Shown in pieces: positions 36,001 to 48,836 of a DNA stretch of 64,000 nucleotides. Position 1 is the first letter of the stretch, and each line of letters starts with the position of its first letter. The translations under genes and the position numbers were made by a program. A model generated the notes under the pieces. It was given only the letters and a program-made list of their open reading frames with translations. It made no database searches and was not told the DNA's origin. Origin of the DNA: the human T2T-CHM13v2.0 reference genome, Homo sapiens; NCBI RefSeq assembly GCF_009914755.1, contig NC_060937.1. One strand, 5' to 3'.

Positions 36001-39000
36001 ACAGTCTTTTTGTAGAATCTGTGTGTGATTATTTGGAGCCCATTGTGGCCAATGGTGGAAAAAGAAATATCTTCCTCTAAAAACTACAGAAACATTCTGA
36101 GAAACTTCCTTGTGATGTATACATTCAGCTCACAGAGTTGAACCTTTCATTTGATTGAGTAGTTTTGAAACACTCTTTTTGTAGAATCTGCAATTGGAAA
36201 TTTGGAGTGTTTTATCGCCTAATGTGGAAAAGGTAACATCTTCACATACAAACTACACAGAAGGATTCTGAGACACTTCTTTGTTTTGTGTGCATTTGTG
36301 TCACAGGGTTGATCCTTTCTTTAGACTGAGCAGTTTTGAAACACTCTTTTTGTAGAATCTGCAAGTGGTATTTGAGCACGTTGAGGCCTCTTGTGGAAAA
36401 GGAAATATCTTCACATAAAAATTACACAGAAGCATTCTGAGAAACTTCTTTGTGATGTGTCCATTCCTCTTAGGGTAGAACCTTTGTTTTGATTGAGCAG
36501 TATTGAGACACTCTTTTTGTAGAATCTGCAATTGGATATTTGGAGCGTTTTGAGTCCTATTGTGGAAAAAGAAATATCTTCCCCTAAAAACTAAACAGAA
36601 GCGTTCTGAAAAACTTCTTAGTGATGTGTGAATTGAACTCACATAGTTGAACCTATCTTTTGATAGAGCAGTTTTGAAACTCTTTTTGTAGAATCTGCAA
36701 CTGGATATTTGGAGCCGTTTGTGGCCAATGGTGGAAAAGGAAATATCTTCACATAAAAACTACACAGAAGCATTCTGAGAAACTTTTTGTGATGTGTGCA
36801 TTCAATTCACAGTGTTGATCCTATCTTTTGATACAGCAGTTTTGAAATTCTCTTTTTGTAGAATCTTCAAGTAGATATCTGAAGCTATTTTTGGCCTAAG
36901 GTGGAAAAAAAAATCTTCACATAAAAACTACATAGAAGCATTCTGAGAAACTTTTTTGTGATGTTTGCATTCAACTCACAGTGTTGAAGCAGTCTCTTGA
37001 TAGAGCAGTTTTGAAACTCTCTTTTGGTAGAATCTGCAAGTGGATATTTGGAGCCATTTGCACCTATGATGGAAAAGGAAATATCTTCACACAAAAACCA
37101 CACAGAAGCATTCTGAGAAACTTCGTTGTGATATGTGCATTCATCTCAAAAATTTGAACGTTTCTTTTGATTGAGCACTTTTGAAACACTCTTTGAGTAG
37201 AATCTGCAATGGGATATTTGGAGCGCTGTGAGGCCTATGGTGGAAAAGGAAATATCTTCACATAAAAACAACACAGAAGCTTTCTGAGAAACTTCTTTGT
37301 GATGTGTGCATTCAACTCACAGAGTTCAACCTATCTTTTTATAGAGCCGTTTTGGAACTCTCTTTTTGTAGAATCTGTAAGTGGATATTTGGAGCCCTTT
37401 GATGCCTATGTTGGAAGAGGAAATATCTTCACATAAAAACTACAGTGAAGCAATCTGAGAAACTTCTTTGTGATGTGAGCATTCAACTCAAAGAGTTGAA
37501 CCTATCTTTTGTTAGAGCAGTTTGGAAACCTCCTTTTTGTAGAATCTGCAAGCGGATATTAAGAGCCCTTTGCAGAGTATAGAGAAAAAGGAAATATCTT
37601 AACAAAAAAACTACACAGGAGCATTCTGAGAAAGTTCTTTGTCGTGTGTGCATTCAACACACAGAGTTGAACATATCTTTTGATAGGGCAGTTTTGAAGC
37701 TCTCTTTTTGTACAATCTGCAAGTGGATATTTGGAGCCCTTTGGGGCCTTTGGTGGAAATGGCAACATCTTCACATAAAAAGCACACAGAAGCATTCAGA
37801 GAAACTTCTATTATTGTGGGCATTCATCTCACAGAGGTGAAACTCTCTTTTGATTGAGCAGCTTGGAAACACTCTTTTTGTAGAATCTGCAAGTAGATAT
37901 ATGAAGCGCTTTGAGGCCTATTGTGGAAAAGGAAATATCTTCACAGAAAAACTACACAGAAGCATTCTGTGAAAATTCTTTGTGATGTGTGCATTCATCG
38001 CACAGAGTTGCACCTTTCAATTCATTGAGCATTTTTAAAAATCTTTTTGTAGAAGCTGCAAGTGGATACAAGGAGTGCATTGAGGCCTATGGTGGAAAAG
38101 GAAATATCTTCATATAAAAACTTCACAGAAGCATGCTGACAAACTTCTTTGTGATGTGTGCATTCATCTCACAGAGTTGAAACTTTCATTTCATAGAGCC
38201 GTTTTGAAACACTCTTTTTGTAGAATCTGCAAGTGGATATTTTGAGTGCTTTGAGGTCTATGGTGGAAAAGGAAATATCTTCATATAAACACTATGCAGA
38301 AACATTCTGAGAAACTTCTTTGTGATGTGTGCACTCATCTCATAGTGTTGAACCTATCTTTTTATATAGCAGTTTTGAAACTCTTTTTGTAGAATCTGCA
38401 AGAGGATATTTGTAGCCCTTTGCTGCCTATTGTAGAAAAGGAAATATCTTCTCATAAACATTACACAGAAGCATTCTGAGAAACTTCTGTCTGATGTGTG
38501 CATTCAGCTCACAGAGTTGAACCTATCTTTTCATAGAGCAGTTTTGAAACTCTCTTTTTGTAGAATCTGCAAGTGGATGTTTGGAGCCCTTTGCGGCCTG
38601 TTGTAGAATAGAAAATATCTTCACATCAAAACTGCACAGAAGCATTCTGAGAAACTTCTTTGTGATGTGTGCATTCAACTCACAGAGTTGAATCTTTCAG
38701 TTGATTGAGCAGTTTTGAAACACTCTTTTTGTAGAATCTGCAATTGGATATTTGGAGTGCGTTGAGGCCTATTGTGGAAAAGGGAATACTTTCACATAAA
38801 AGGTACACAGAAGCTTTCTCAGAAAGCTCTTTGTTTTGAGTGCAGTCATCTCACAGACTTGAAATTTCTTTTCATTGAGCAGTTTTGAAACACTCTTTTT
38901 GTATAATCTGCACGTGGATATTTGGAGCACTTTGAGGCCTATGGTGGAAAAGGAAATATCTTCACATAAAAACTACACAGAAGCATTCTGAGAAAATACT

Positions 39001-40095
39001 TTGTGATGTGTGCATTCATATCACAGAGTTGAACCTGTCTTTCGATAGAGCCATGTTGAAATTCTCTTTTTGTACAATCTGCAAGTGGATATTTGGAGTC
39101 CTTTGTTGCCTGCTGTGGAAAAGGAAATACATTCTCTTAAAAGCTGCAGAGAAGCATTCCGGGAACATTCTTTGTGATGTGTGCATTGATTTCACAGAGT
39201 TGAAGCTTTCTTTTGATTGAGTAGTTTTGAAACACTGTTTTCGTAGAATCTGCAAGTGGATATTTAGAGCGTTTTGAGGCCTATGGAGGAAAAGGACATA
39301 TCTTCACATAGAAACTACCCAGAAGCATTCTGTGAAACTTCTTTGTGATGTTTGCATTCAACTCGCAGAGTTGAACCTATCTTTTGATAGAGCAGTTTGG
39401 AAACTCTCTTTTTATAGAATCTGCATGTGGTTATTTTGAGACATTTGTGGCCGATGGTGGAAAAGGAAATATCTTTCCCTAAAAATTACAGAGAAGCATT
39501 CTGAGAAACTTCTTTGTTATGTGTGCATTCATCTCACAGAGCTGAACTTTTCATTTGATTGGGCAGTTCTGAAACACTCTTTTTGTAAAATCTGCAATTG
39601 GATATTTGGAGCACTTTGAGACCTATTGTGGAAAAGGAAATATCTTCATATAAAAACTACACAGAAGCCTTCTCAGAAACATCTTTGTGATGTGTGCATT
39701 CATCTCACAGTGTTGAACCTTTATTTTGATTTAGCAGTTTGGAAACACTGTTTTAGTAGAATCTGCAGCTGGATATTTGGAGCCCTCAGAGCCATATTGT
39801 GGAAAAGGAAATATCTTCATATAACAACTACACAGAAGCATTCTGAGAAACTTCTTTTTGATGTGAACATTCATCTCACAGAGTTCAACCTTTCTTTTGA
39901 TTGAGCATTTTGAAACTCTCTTTTTGTAGAATCTGCAAGTGGATAATTGGAGTGCTTTGAGGCCTATGATGGAAAAGTAAATATCTTCTCATAAAAACTA
40001 CACAGAAGCATTATGAGAAACTTCTTTGTGATGTGTGCATTCATCTCACAGAGTTGAACCTATCTTGTGATACAGCAGTTTTGAAACTTTCTTTT
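30003..40095 (+). repeat. Alpha satellite, diverged non-HOR monomers
   Basis: ~171-bp tandem monomers. Dimer-type (aaaactagac..gaattct / aaatctagac..gcaatct) to ~31550, then the aaaactacacagaagcattct type. Confidence 0.97.
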
Positions 40096-40777
40096 TTTTA
40101 TTATACTTTAAGTTTTAGGGTACATGTGCTCATTGTTCAGGTTTGTCACACAAGTATACATGTGCCATGCTGGTGCGCTGCACCCACTAACTCGTCATCT
40201 AGCATTAGGTATATCTCCCAATGCTATCCCTCACCCCTCACCCCACCCCACAACAGTCCCCAGAGTGTGATATTCCCCTTCCTGTGTCCATGTGATCTCA
40301 CTGTTCAATTCCCACCTATGAGTGAGAATATGTGGTGCCTGGTTTTTTGTTCTTGCGATAGTTTACTGAGAATGATGATTTCCAATTTCATCCATGTCCC
40401 TACAAAGGACATGAACTCATTACTTTTTATGGCTGCATAGTATTCCATGGTGTATATGTGCCACATTTTCTTAATCCAGTCTATCATTGTTGGACGTTTG
40501 GGTTGGTTCCAAGTCTTTGCTATGGTGAATAACGCCACAATAAACATACGTGTGCATGTGTCTTTATAGCAGCATGATTTATATTCCTTTGGGTATACAC
40601 CCAGTAATGGGATGACTGGGTCAAATGGTATTTCTAGTTTTAGATCACTGAGGAATCGCCACACTGACTTCCATAATGGTTGAACTAGTTTACAGTCCCA
40701 CCAACAGTGTAAAAGTGTTCCTATTTCTCCACATCCTCTCCAGCACCTCTTGTTTCCTGACTTTTTAATGATTGCCA
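40096..40777 (-). mobile_element. 5'-truncated L1PA (L1PA2/PA3-like), ~0.68 kb, 3' end of ORF2 plus 3' UTR
   Basis: The plus strand begins with poly-T then attatactttaagttttagggtacatgtg (reverse complement of the L1 3' end). The ORF track 40305..40814 encodes the ORF2p C-terminus ([27 protein letters not shown]...SLIGGN). Short TSD ttctttt at 40089-40095 and 40778-40784. It lacks the L1HS ACA diagnostic. Confidence 0.95.
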
Positions 40778-43700
40778 TTCTTTTGTAGAATCTGCAAGTG
40801 GATAATTTGAACACTTTGAGGCCTAGGATGGAAAAGGAAATATCTTCTCATAAAAACTACACAGAAGCATTCTGAGAAACTCCTTTGTGATGTGTGCATT
40901 CAACTGACAGACTTGAACCTATCTTCTGACAGAGCGGTTTTGAAACTCTTTTTGTAGAATCTGCAATTGGATATATGGAGCCCTTTGTGGCTTATGGTGG
41001 AAAAGGAAATATCTTCACATAAGAACTACACAGAAGCTTTCTGAGAAACTTCTTTTTGATGTGTGGATTCAACTCACGAAGTTGAACCTCTCTTTTGATT
41101 GAGCAGTTTAGAAACACTCTTCTTAAAGAATCTGCAAGTGGATATATGAATGTTTTGAGGCCTATTGTTCAAAAGGAAATATCTTCACATAAAGCTACAC
41201 AAAAGCATTCTGAGAAACTTCTTTCGGATGTGTGCATTCGTCTCACATATTTGAAACTTTCAATTGATTGAGCAGCGTTGAAACACTCTTTTTGTATAAT
41301 CTGCAAGTGGATATTTGGAGCACTTTGAGTCCTATGTTGGAAAAGGAAATATCTTCACATAAAAACTACACTGAAGCTTTCTGAGAAAATTTTTGTGAAG
41401 TATGCATTCAACTCACAGAGTTGAACGTATCTTTTCATAGAGCAGTCTTGAATCTCTCTTTACACATTATCTGCAAATAGATATTTGGAGCGCTTTCAGG
41501 CCCATAGCTGAAAAGGAAATATCTTCTCATAAAAACTACACATAAGCATTCTGAGAAACATTTTTGTGATGTGTACATTCATCTCACGGAGTTGAAACTT
41601 TCTTTTGATAGAGTAGTTTTGAAACACTCTTTTTGTAGAATCTGCAGGTGGATATTTGCATCGCACTGAGGCCTATCGTGGAAAAGGAAATATCTTCCCA
41701 AAAAACTACACAGAAGCATTCTCAGAAACTTCTTTGCGATGTGTGCCTTCATCTCACAGGGTTGAAACTTTCTTTTGATTGAGCAGTTTTGAAACACTCT
41801 TTTCATAGAATCTGCAAGTGGATACTTGGAGCATTTTGAGGTCTATGGTGGAAAAGGAAATATCTTCAATTAAAAACCACACAGAAGCATTCTGAGAAAT
41901 CAATTTGTGATGTATGCATTCAACTCGCAGAGATTAACCTATCTTTTGATAGAGCAGTCTTGAAACTCTCTTTTTGTAGAATCTGCAAGTGGTTATTTTG
42001 AGCCCTTTTTGGCCAATGGTGAAAAAGGAAATATCTTCACATAAAAACTACACAGAAGCATTCTGAGAAACTACTTTGTGATGTGTGCATTCATCTCACA
42101 GAGTTGAACCTATCTTTTGATAGAGTAGTTTTGAAACACTCTTTTTGTAGAATCTGCAAGTGGATATTTGGAGCCCTTTGTGGCCTATAGTGGAAAAGAA
42201 TATATCTTAACATGAAAACTACAGAGAAGGATTCTGAGAAACTTCTTTGTGATGTGTGCATTCAACTCACAGAGATGAATCTTTCCTTTGATTGAGCAGT
42301 TTTGAAACACTTTTTTTGTAGAATCTGCAAGTGGATATTTTGATTGCTTTGAGGCTTATTGTGGAAAAGGCTATGTCCTTAAGTAAAAACTACACAGAAG
42401 CATTCCCAGAAACTTCTTTGTTTTGTGTGCATTCATCTAACAAAGTTGAACCTTTCTTTTGATTGATCAGTTTTGAAACACTCTTTCTGTAGAATCTGCA
42501 AGTGGATATTTGGAACACTTTGAGGACTATGATGGAAAAGTTAATATCTACACATAAAAAATACACAGAAGCATTATAAGAAAGTTCTTTGTGATGTGTG
42601 CATTCAACATTCAGAATTGAACCTATCTTTTGATTGAGCAGTCTTGAAACTCTCTTTTTGTACAATTTGCAAGTGGATATTTGGATTCCTTTGCGGCCTA
42701 TGGTGGAAAAGGAAATATCTTAACATAAAAACTAGACAGAAGCATTCGGAGAAACTTCTTTGTGATGTTTGCATTCAACTCACAGAGTTGAACCTGTCTT
42801 TTGATAGAGCAGTTTTGAAACTTTCTTTTTGTGGAAACTGCAAGTCGATATTTGGGGCACTTTGCGGCCTATTGTGGAAAAGGAAATGTCTTCACATAAA
42901 AACTACACAGAAGCATTCTGAGAAACCTCTTTGTGATGTGTGCATTCAACTCACAGAGTTGAACATATCTTTTAATAGAGCAGCTTTGAAACTCTCTTTT
43001 TGTAGAATCTGCAAGTGGATATTTGGATTCCTTTGCAGCCTATGGTGGAAAAGGAAATATCTTAACATAAAAACTACACAGAAAGATTCTGAGAAACTTC
43101 TTCGTGATGTTTGCATTCAACTCACAGAGTTGAACCTGTCTTTTGATAGAGCAGTTTTGAAACTTTCTTTTTGTGGAAACTGCAAGTCGATATTTGGAGC
43201 ACTTTGTGGCCTATTGTGGAAAAGGAAATATCTTAACATAAAAACTACACAGAAGAATTCTGAGAAACTTCTTTGCGATGTGTGCCTTCATTTCACAGAG
43301 ATGAACCGTTCATTTGATTGAGCAGTTTTGAAACTCTCTTTTTGTAGAATCTGCAAGTGGATATTTGGAGCCCTTTGCAGCCTATGGTGGAAACGGAAAT
43401 ATCTTCACATAAAAACTACACAGAAGCATTCTGAGACACTTCTTTGTGATGTGTGCATTCATCTCACAGAGTTGAACCTATCTTTTGATAGAGCAGTTTT
43501 GAAACTCTCTTTTTGTAGAATGTGCAAGTGGGTATTTGGAGCCCTTTGCAGCCTTTTGGGTAAAAGGAAATGTCTTCCAATTAAAACTACACAGAAGCAT
43601 TCTGAGAAACTTCTTTGTCATGTGAACATTCAACTCAAAATATTGAACCTATGTTTTGAGACAGCAGTTTTGAAACACTCTTTGTAAGACATCTGCAAGT

Positions 43701-44282
43701 GGATATTTGAAGTGCTTTGAGGCCTATTGTGGAAAAGGAAATATTTTCACATAAAAACTATAGAGAAGCACTCTGAGAAACTTCTTTGTGATGTTTGCAT
43801 TCATATCACATAGTTGAACCTCTCTTTTGATTGAGCAGTTTTGAAACAGTCTTTTTGTAGAACCTGCGGGTGGATATTTGGAGTGCTTTGAGGACTATTA
43901 TGGAAAAGGAATTATCTCCACAAAAAAATTACACAGAATCATTGTGAGAAATTTCTTGTGATATGTGCATTCATCTCACAGAATTGAACCTTTCATTTGA
44001 TTGCACAGTTTTGACACACTCTTTTTGTAGAAGCTGCAAGTGGATATTTGAAGCGCTTTGAGGCCTATGTTGGAAAATGAACTATCTTCACATAAAAATT
44101 TCACAGAAGAATTCTGAGAAACTTCTTTTTGATGTGTGCATTCAACTGTGAAATTGAACCTATCTTTTGATAGAGCAGTTTTGAAACTCTCTTTTTGTAG
44201 CATCTGCATGTGGATATTTGGAGCCATTTGCAGCCTAAGGTGGAAAAGGTAATATCTTCACATATAAACTACATAGAAGCAT
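40778..44282 (+). repeat. Alpha satellite, diverged non-HOR monomers (actacacagaag type)
   Basis: ~171-bp tandem monomers resuming in register after the L1. Confidence 0.97.
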
Positions 44283-45658
44283 GGTACTGATACCAAAACA
44301 GAGGTATAGATCAATGGAACAGAATAGGGCCCTCAGAAATAATGCCACATATCTATAACTATCTGCTCTTTGACAAACCTGAGAAAAACAAGAAATAGGG
44401 ACAGGATTCCCTATTCAACTAATGGTGCTGGGAAAACTGGCTAGCCATATGTAGAAAGCTGAAACTGGACCTCTTCCTTACACCTTATACAAAAATTAAT
44501 TCAAGATGGATTAAAGATATAAACATTAGACATAAAACCATAAAAACCATAGAAGAAAACGTAGGCATTACCATTCTGGACATATGCATGGCCAAAGACT
44601 TCATGTCTAAAACATCAAAAGCAATGGCAACAAAAGCCAAAATTGACAAATGGGATCTAATTAAATCTGCACAGCAAAATAAACTACCAGCAGAGTGAAC
44701 CGGCAACCTACAAAATGGAGAAAATTTTGGCAACTTACTCATCTGACAAAGGGATAATATCCAGAATCTACAATGAACTCAAACAAATTTAGAAGAAAAA
44801 ATGAACAACCCTATCAAAAAGTGGGCAAAGGACATGAACAGGCACTTCTCAAAAGAAGACATTCATGCAGCCAAAAAACACATGAAAAAAATGCTCACCA
44901 TCACTGGCTATCAGAGAAATGCAAATCAAAACCATAATGAGATACCATCTCACACCAGTTAGAATGGCAATCATTAAAATGTCAGGAAACAACAGGTGCT
45001 GGAGAGGATGTGGAGAAATAGGAACACTTTTATACTGTTGGTGGGAATGTAAACTAGTTCAACCATTGTGGAAGTCAGTGTGGCGATTCCTCAGGGATCT
45101 AGAACAAGAAATACCATTTGACTCAGCCATCCCATTACTGGACATATACCCAAAAGACTATAAATCATCCTGCTATAAAGACACATGCACACGTATGTTC
45201 ATTGCGGCACTATGCACAATAGGAAAGACTTGGAACCAACCCAAATGTCCAACAATGATAGACTGGATTAAGAAAATGTGGCACGTATACACCATGGAAT
45301 ACTATGCGGCCATAAAAAATGATGAGTTCATGTCCTTTGTAGGAACATGGATGAAATTGGAAATCATCATCCTCAGTAAACTATCGCAAGAATAAAAAAC
45401 CAAACACCGCATATTCTCACTTATAGGAGGGAATTGAACAATGAGAACACATGGACACGGGAAGAGGAACATCACACTCTGGGGACTGTTGTGGGGTGGG
45501 GGGAGAGGTGAGCGATAGCTTCAGGAGATAAACCTAATGCTAAGTGACGAGTTAATGGATGCAGCACACCAATATGGCACATGTATACATATGTAACTAA
45601 CCTGCAGTTTGGGGAAATGTACCCTAAAATTTAAAGTATAGTAATAATAAAATAAAAA
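44283..45658 (+). mobile_element. 5'-truncated L1PA (L1PA3/PA4-like), ~1.38 kb
   Basis: ggtactgataccaaaacagag...taaagtatagtaataataaaataaaaaa. ORF2 C-terminal remnant (ORF 44919..45395, premature stop after LSQE). 17-bp TSD aaactaca(t/c)agaagcat at 44266-44282 and 45659-45675 with one mismatch. Confidence 0.95.
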
Positions 45659-48600
45659 AAACTACACAGAAGCATTCTGAGAAATTTCTTTGTGATGTGG
45701 GCATTCATCTCACAGAGTTGAAACTTTCTTTTGAATGAGCAGTTTTGAAACAATCTTTTTGTACAATCTGCAAGTGGATATTAGGAGAGCTTTGAGGCCT
45801 ATGGTGGAAAAGGAAACATCTTCACATAAAAACTACACAGAAGCATTCTGAGAAACTTCTTTGTGATGCATGCATTCAACTCTTACAGTTGAAGCTATCT
45901 TTTGATAGAGCAGTTTTGAAACTCACTTTTGTAGAATCTGCATGTGGATAGTTGCAGCGCTTTGAGGACTATGTTGGAAAAGGAAATATCTTCACCTAAC
46001 AACTGCACAGAAGCATTCTGAGAATCTCTGTTGTGATGTGTGCATTCATCTCACAGAGTTGAAACTTTGTTTTCATTGAGCAGTTCGGAAACACTCTTTT
46101 TGCAGAATCTGCAAGTGGATATTTGGAGTGCTTTGAGGCCTATTATGGAAAAGGAAATGTCTTCACATAAATCTACATAGAAGCATTCTGAGAAACTTCT
46201 GTCTGATGTGTGCATTCATCTCACAGAGTTGAAGCTTTCTTTGGATTTAGCAGTTTTGAAACACTCTCTTTGTAGAATCTGCAGGTGGATATTTGGAGCT
46301 CTTTGAGGCCTATGGTGGAAAAGGAAATATCTTCACACAAAAACTTCACAGAAGCATTCTGAGAAACTTCTTTGTGATGTGTGCATTCATCTCACAAGTT
46401 AAACTTTTCTTTTGATTGAGCAATTTGGAAACCCTCTTTTTGTTGAATCTGCAAGTGGATATTTGGAGCACTTTGAAGCCTATGGTGGAAAAGGAACATC
46501 TTCATATAAAAACTCTACAGAAGCATTCTGAGAAACTTCTTTGTGGTGTGTGCATTCAACTCACAGAGTTGAACTTACCTTTTGATAGAGCAGTTTTGAA
46601 ACTCTGTGTCGAATCTGCAAGTGGATATTGGGAGCCCTTTGCGTCCTATGGTGGAAAAGGAAATATCTTCACATAAAAACTACACAGAAGCATTCTGAGA
46701 AACTCATTTGTGATGTGTGCATTCATCTCACAGCTGTGAAACTTTCATTCGATTGAGCAGCTTTGAAACCCTCTTTTTGTAGAATCTGAAAGAGGATATT
46801 TGGAGTGCTTTGAGGCCTATTTTGGAAAAGGAAATATCTTCACATAAAAACTTCACAGAAGCATTCTGAGAAACTGCTTTGTGATGTGCGCATTCCTCTC
46901 ACAGAGGTGAACCTTCCTTTTTATTCAGCAATTTGGAAACACACTTTTTGTAGAACATTCAATTGGATATTTGGAGTGTTTTGTGGCCTATTATGGAAAA
47001 TTAAATATCTTCACATAAAAACTACATAGAAGCATTCAGAGGCATTTCTTTGTGAAGTGTGCATTCAAGTCACAGAGTTGATCCCATCTTTTGAATGAGC
47101 AGATTTGAAACTCTGTTTCTGTAGAATCTGCAGGTGGATATTTGTTGTCCTTTGTGGCCTAAGGTGGAAGAGGAAACATATCCACATAAAAACTACACAG
47201 AAGCATTCTGACAAACTTCTCTGTTATGTGTTCATTCAACTCACAGTGTTGAACGAATTTTTTGATTGAGCAGTTTTCAATCTCTCCGTTTGTAGAATGT
47301 GGAAGTGGATATTTGGAGCTCTTTGCACCCTGTGTTGAAAAAGGTAATATCTTCAAATAAAAACTACACATAAGCATTCTGAAAAACTTCTTTGTGTTAA
47401 GTGCATTCATCACACAGAGTTGAAAGTTTCTTTTGATTGAGCAGTTTTGAAACACTCTTTTCGTAGAATCTGGAAGTGGATATTTGGAGGGCTTTGAGGC
47501 CTATTTTGGAAAAGGAAATATCTTAACATAAAAACTGCACAGAATTATTCGGAGAAACTCCTTTGTTATGTATGCATTCAACACACAGAGTTGAGCCTAT
47601 CTTTTGATTGAGCAGTTTTGAATCTCTCTTTTTGCAGAATCTGCAAGTGGATATTTGTATCGCTTTGAGGCCTACTGTGGAAAAGCAAATATTTTCAAAT
47701 AAAAATTACACAGAAGCATTATGAGAAACTTTGTTGTGAGGTGTGCATTCAACTCACAGAGTTAAACTCATCTTTTGATTGAGCAGTTTTGAATCTCTCT
47801 TTTTGCAGAATCTGCAAGTGGATATTTGGAGTGCTTTGTGGCCTATTGTGGAAAAGGAAATATCTTCACATAAAAACTACACAGAGGCATTCTGAGAAAC
47901 TTCTTTGTGATGTGTGCATTCAACTGACAGAGTTGAACCTATCTTTTGATTGAGCAGTTTTGAATCTCTCTTTTTGTAGAATCTCTAATTGGATATTTGG
48001 AGCAATTTGAGGCCTATTGTGGAAAAGGAAATATCTTCACATAAAAACTACACAGAGGCATTCTGAGAAACTTCTTTGTGATGTGTGCATTCAACTGACA
48101 GATGTGAAACTATCTTTTGATTGAGCAGTTTTAAATCTCTCCTTTTGTAGCAACTGCAGGTGGAATTTTGGAGCCCTTTGCAGCCTACGTTGGAAAAGGA
48201 AATATCTTCAAATAAAAACTACACAGAATCATTCTGGGAAACATCTTTGTGATGAGTGCATTCATCACAAAGGGTTGAATCTTTCTATTGACTGAGTAAT
48301 TTGGAAACACTTTTTTTGTAGAACCTGGAAGTGAAAATTTGACGGGCTTTGTGGTCTATTTTGGAAAAGAAAATATCTTCAGATAAAAACTACACAGAAG
48401 CTTTCTGGGAAACTTCGTTGTTATGCGTGCATTCAAGTCACAGATTTTAACCATTCTTTTGATAGAGCAGTTTTGAAACTCTCTTTTTGTAGAATCTGCA
48501 AGTGGATATTTGGAGGTCTTTGTGGCCTATGTTAGAAAACGAAATACCCTCACATAAAATCTATACAGAAGCTATATGAGAAATTTGTTTGTGATGCATG

Positions 48601-48832
48601 CTTTCTTCTCACAAAGTTGAACCTTTCTTTTGATTGAGCACTTTCAAAACACTCTTTTTGTAGAATCTGCAAGTGGATATTTGGAGCGCTTTGTGGCCTA
48701 TGGTAGAAAAGGAAATATCTTCACATAATTTGTAGACAGAAGCAAACTGAGAAACTTCTTTGTGATGTGTGTATTCATCTCACAGAGTTAAAACTTTCTT
48801 TTGATTGAGCAGTTTTGAAACTCTCTCTTTGT
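45659..48832 (+). repeat. Alpha satellite, diverged non-HOR monomers
   Basis: ~171-bp tandem monomers in ALR orientation, ending at ctctctctttgt (48832). Confidence 0.97.
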
Positions 48833-48836
48833 GACA

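Noticed and set aside
43381-43400. Possible CENP-B box (ctatggtggaaacggaa); also ctacgttggaaaaggaa near 48185
   Set aside because: Neither matches the required TTCG....A..CGGG core. They are point variants of the A-type box, so there is no support for an active centromeric HOR here.
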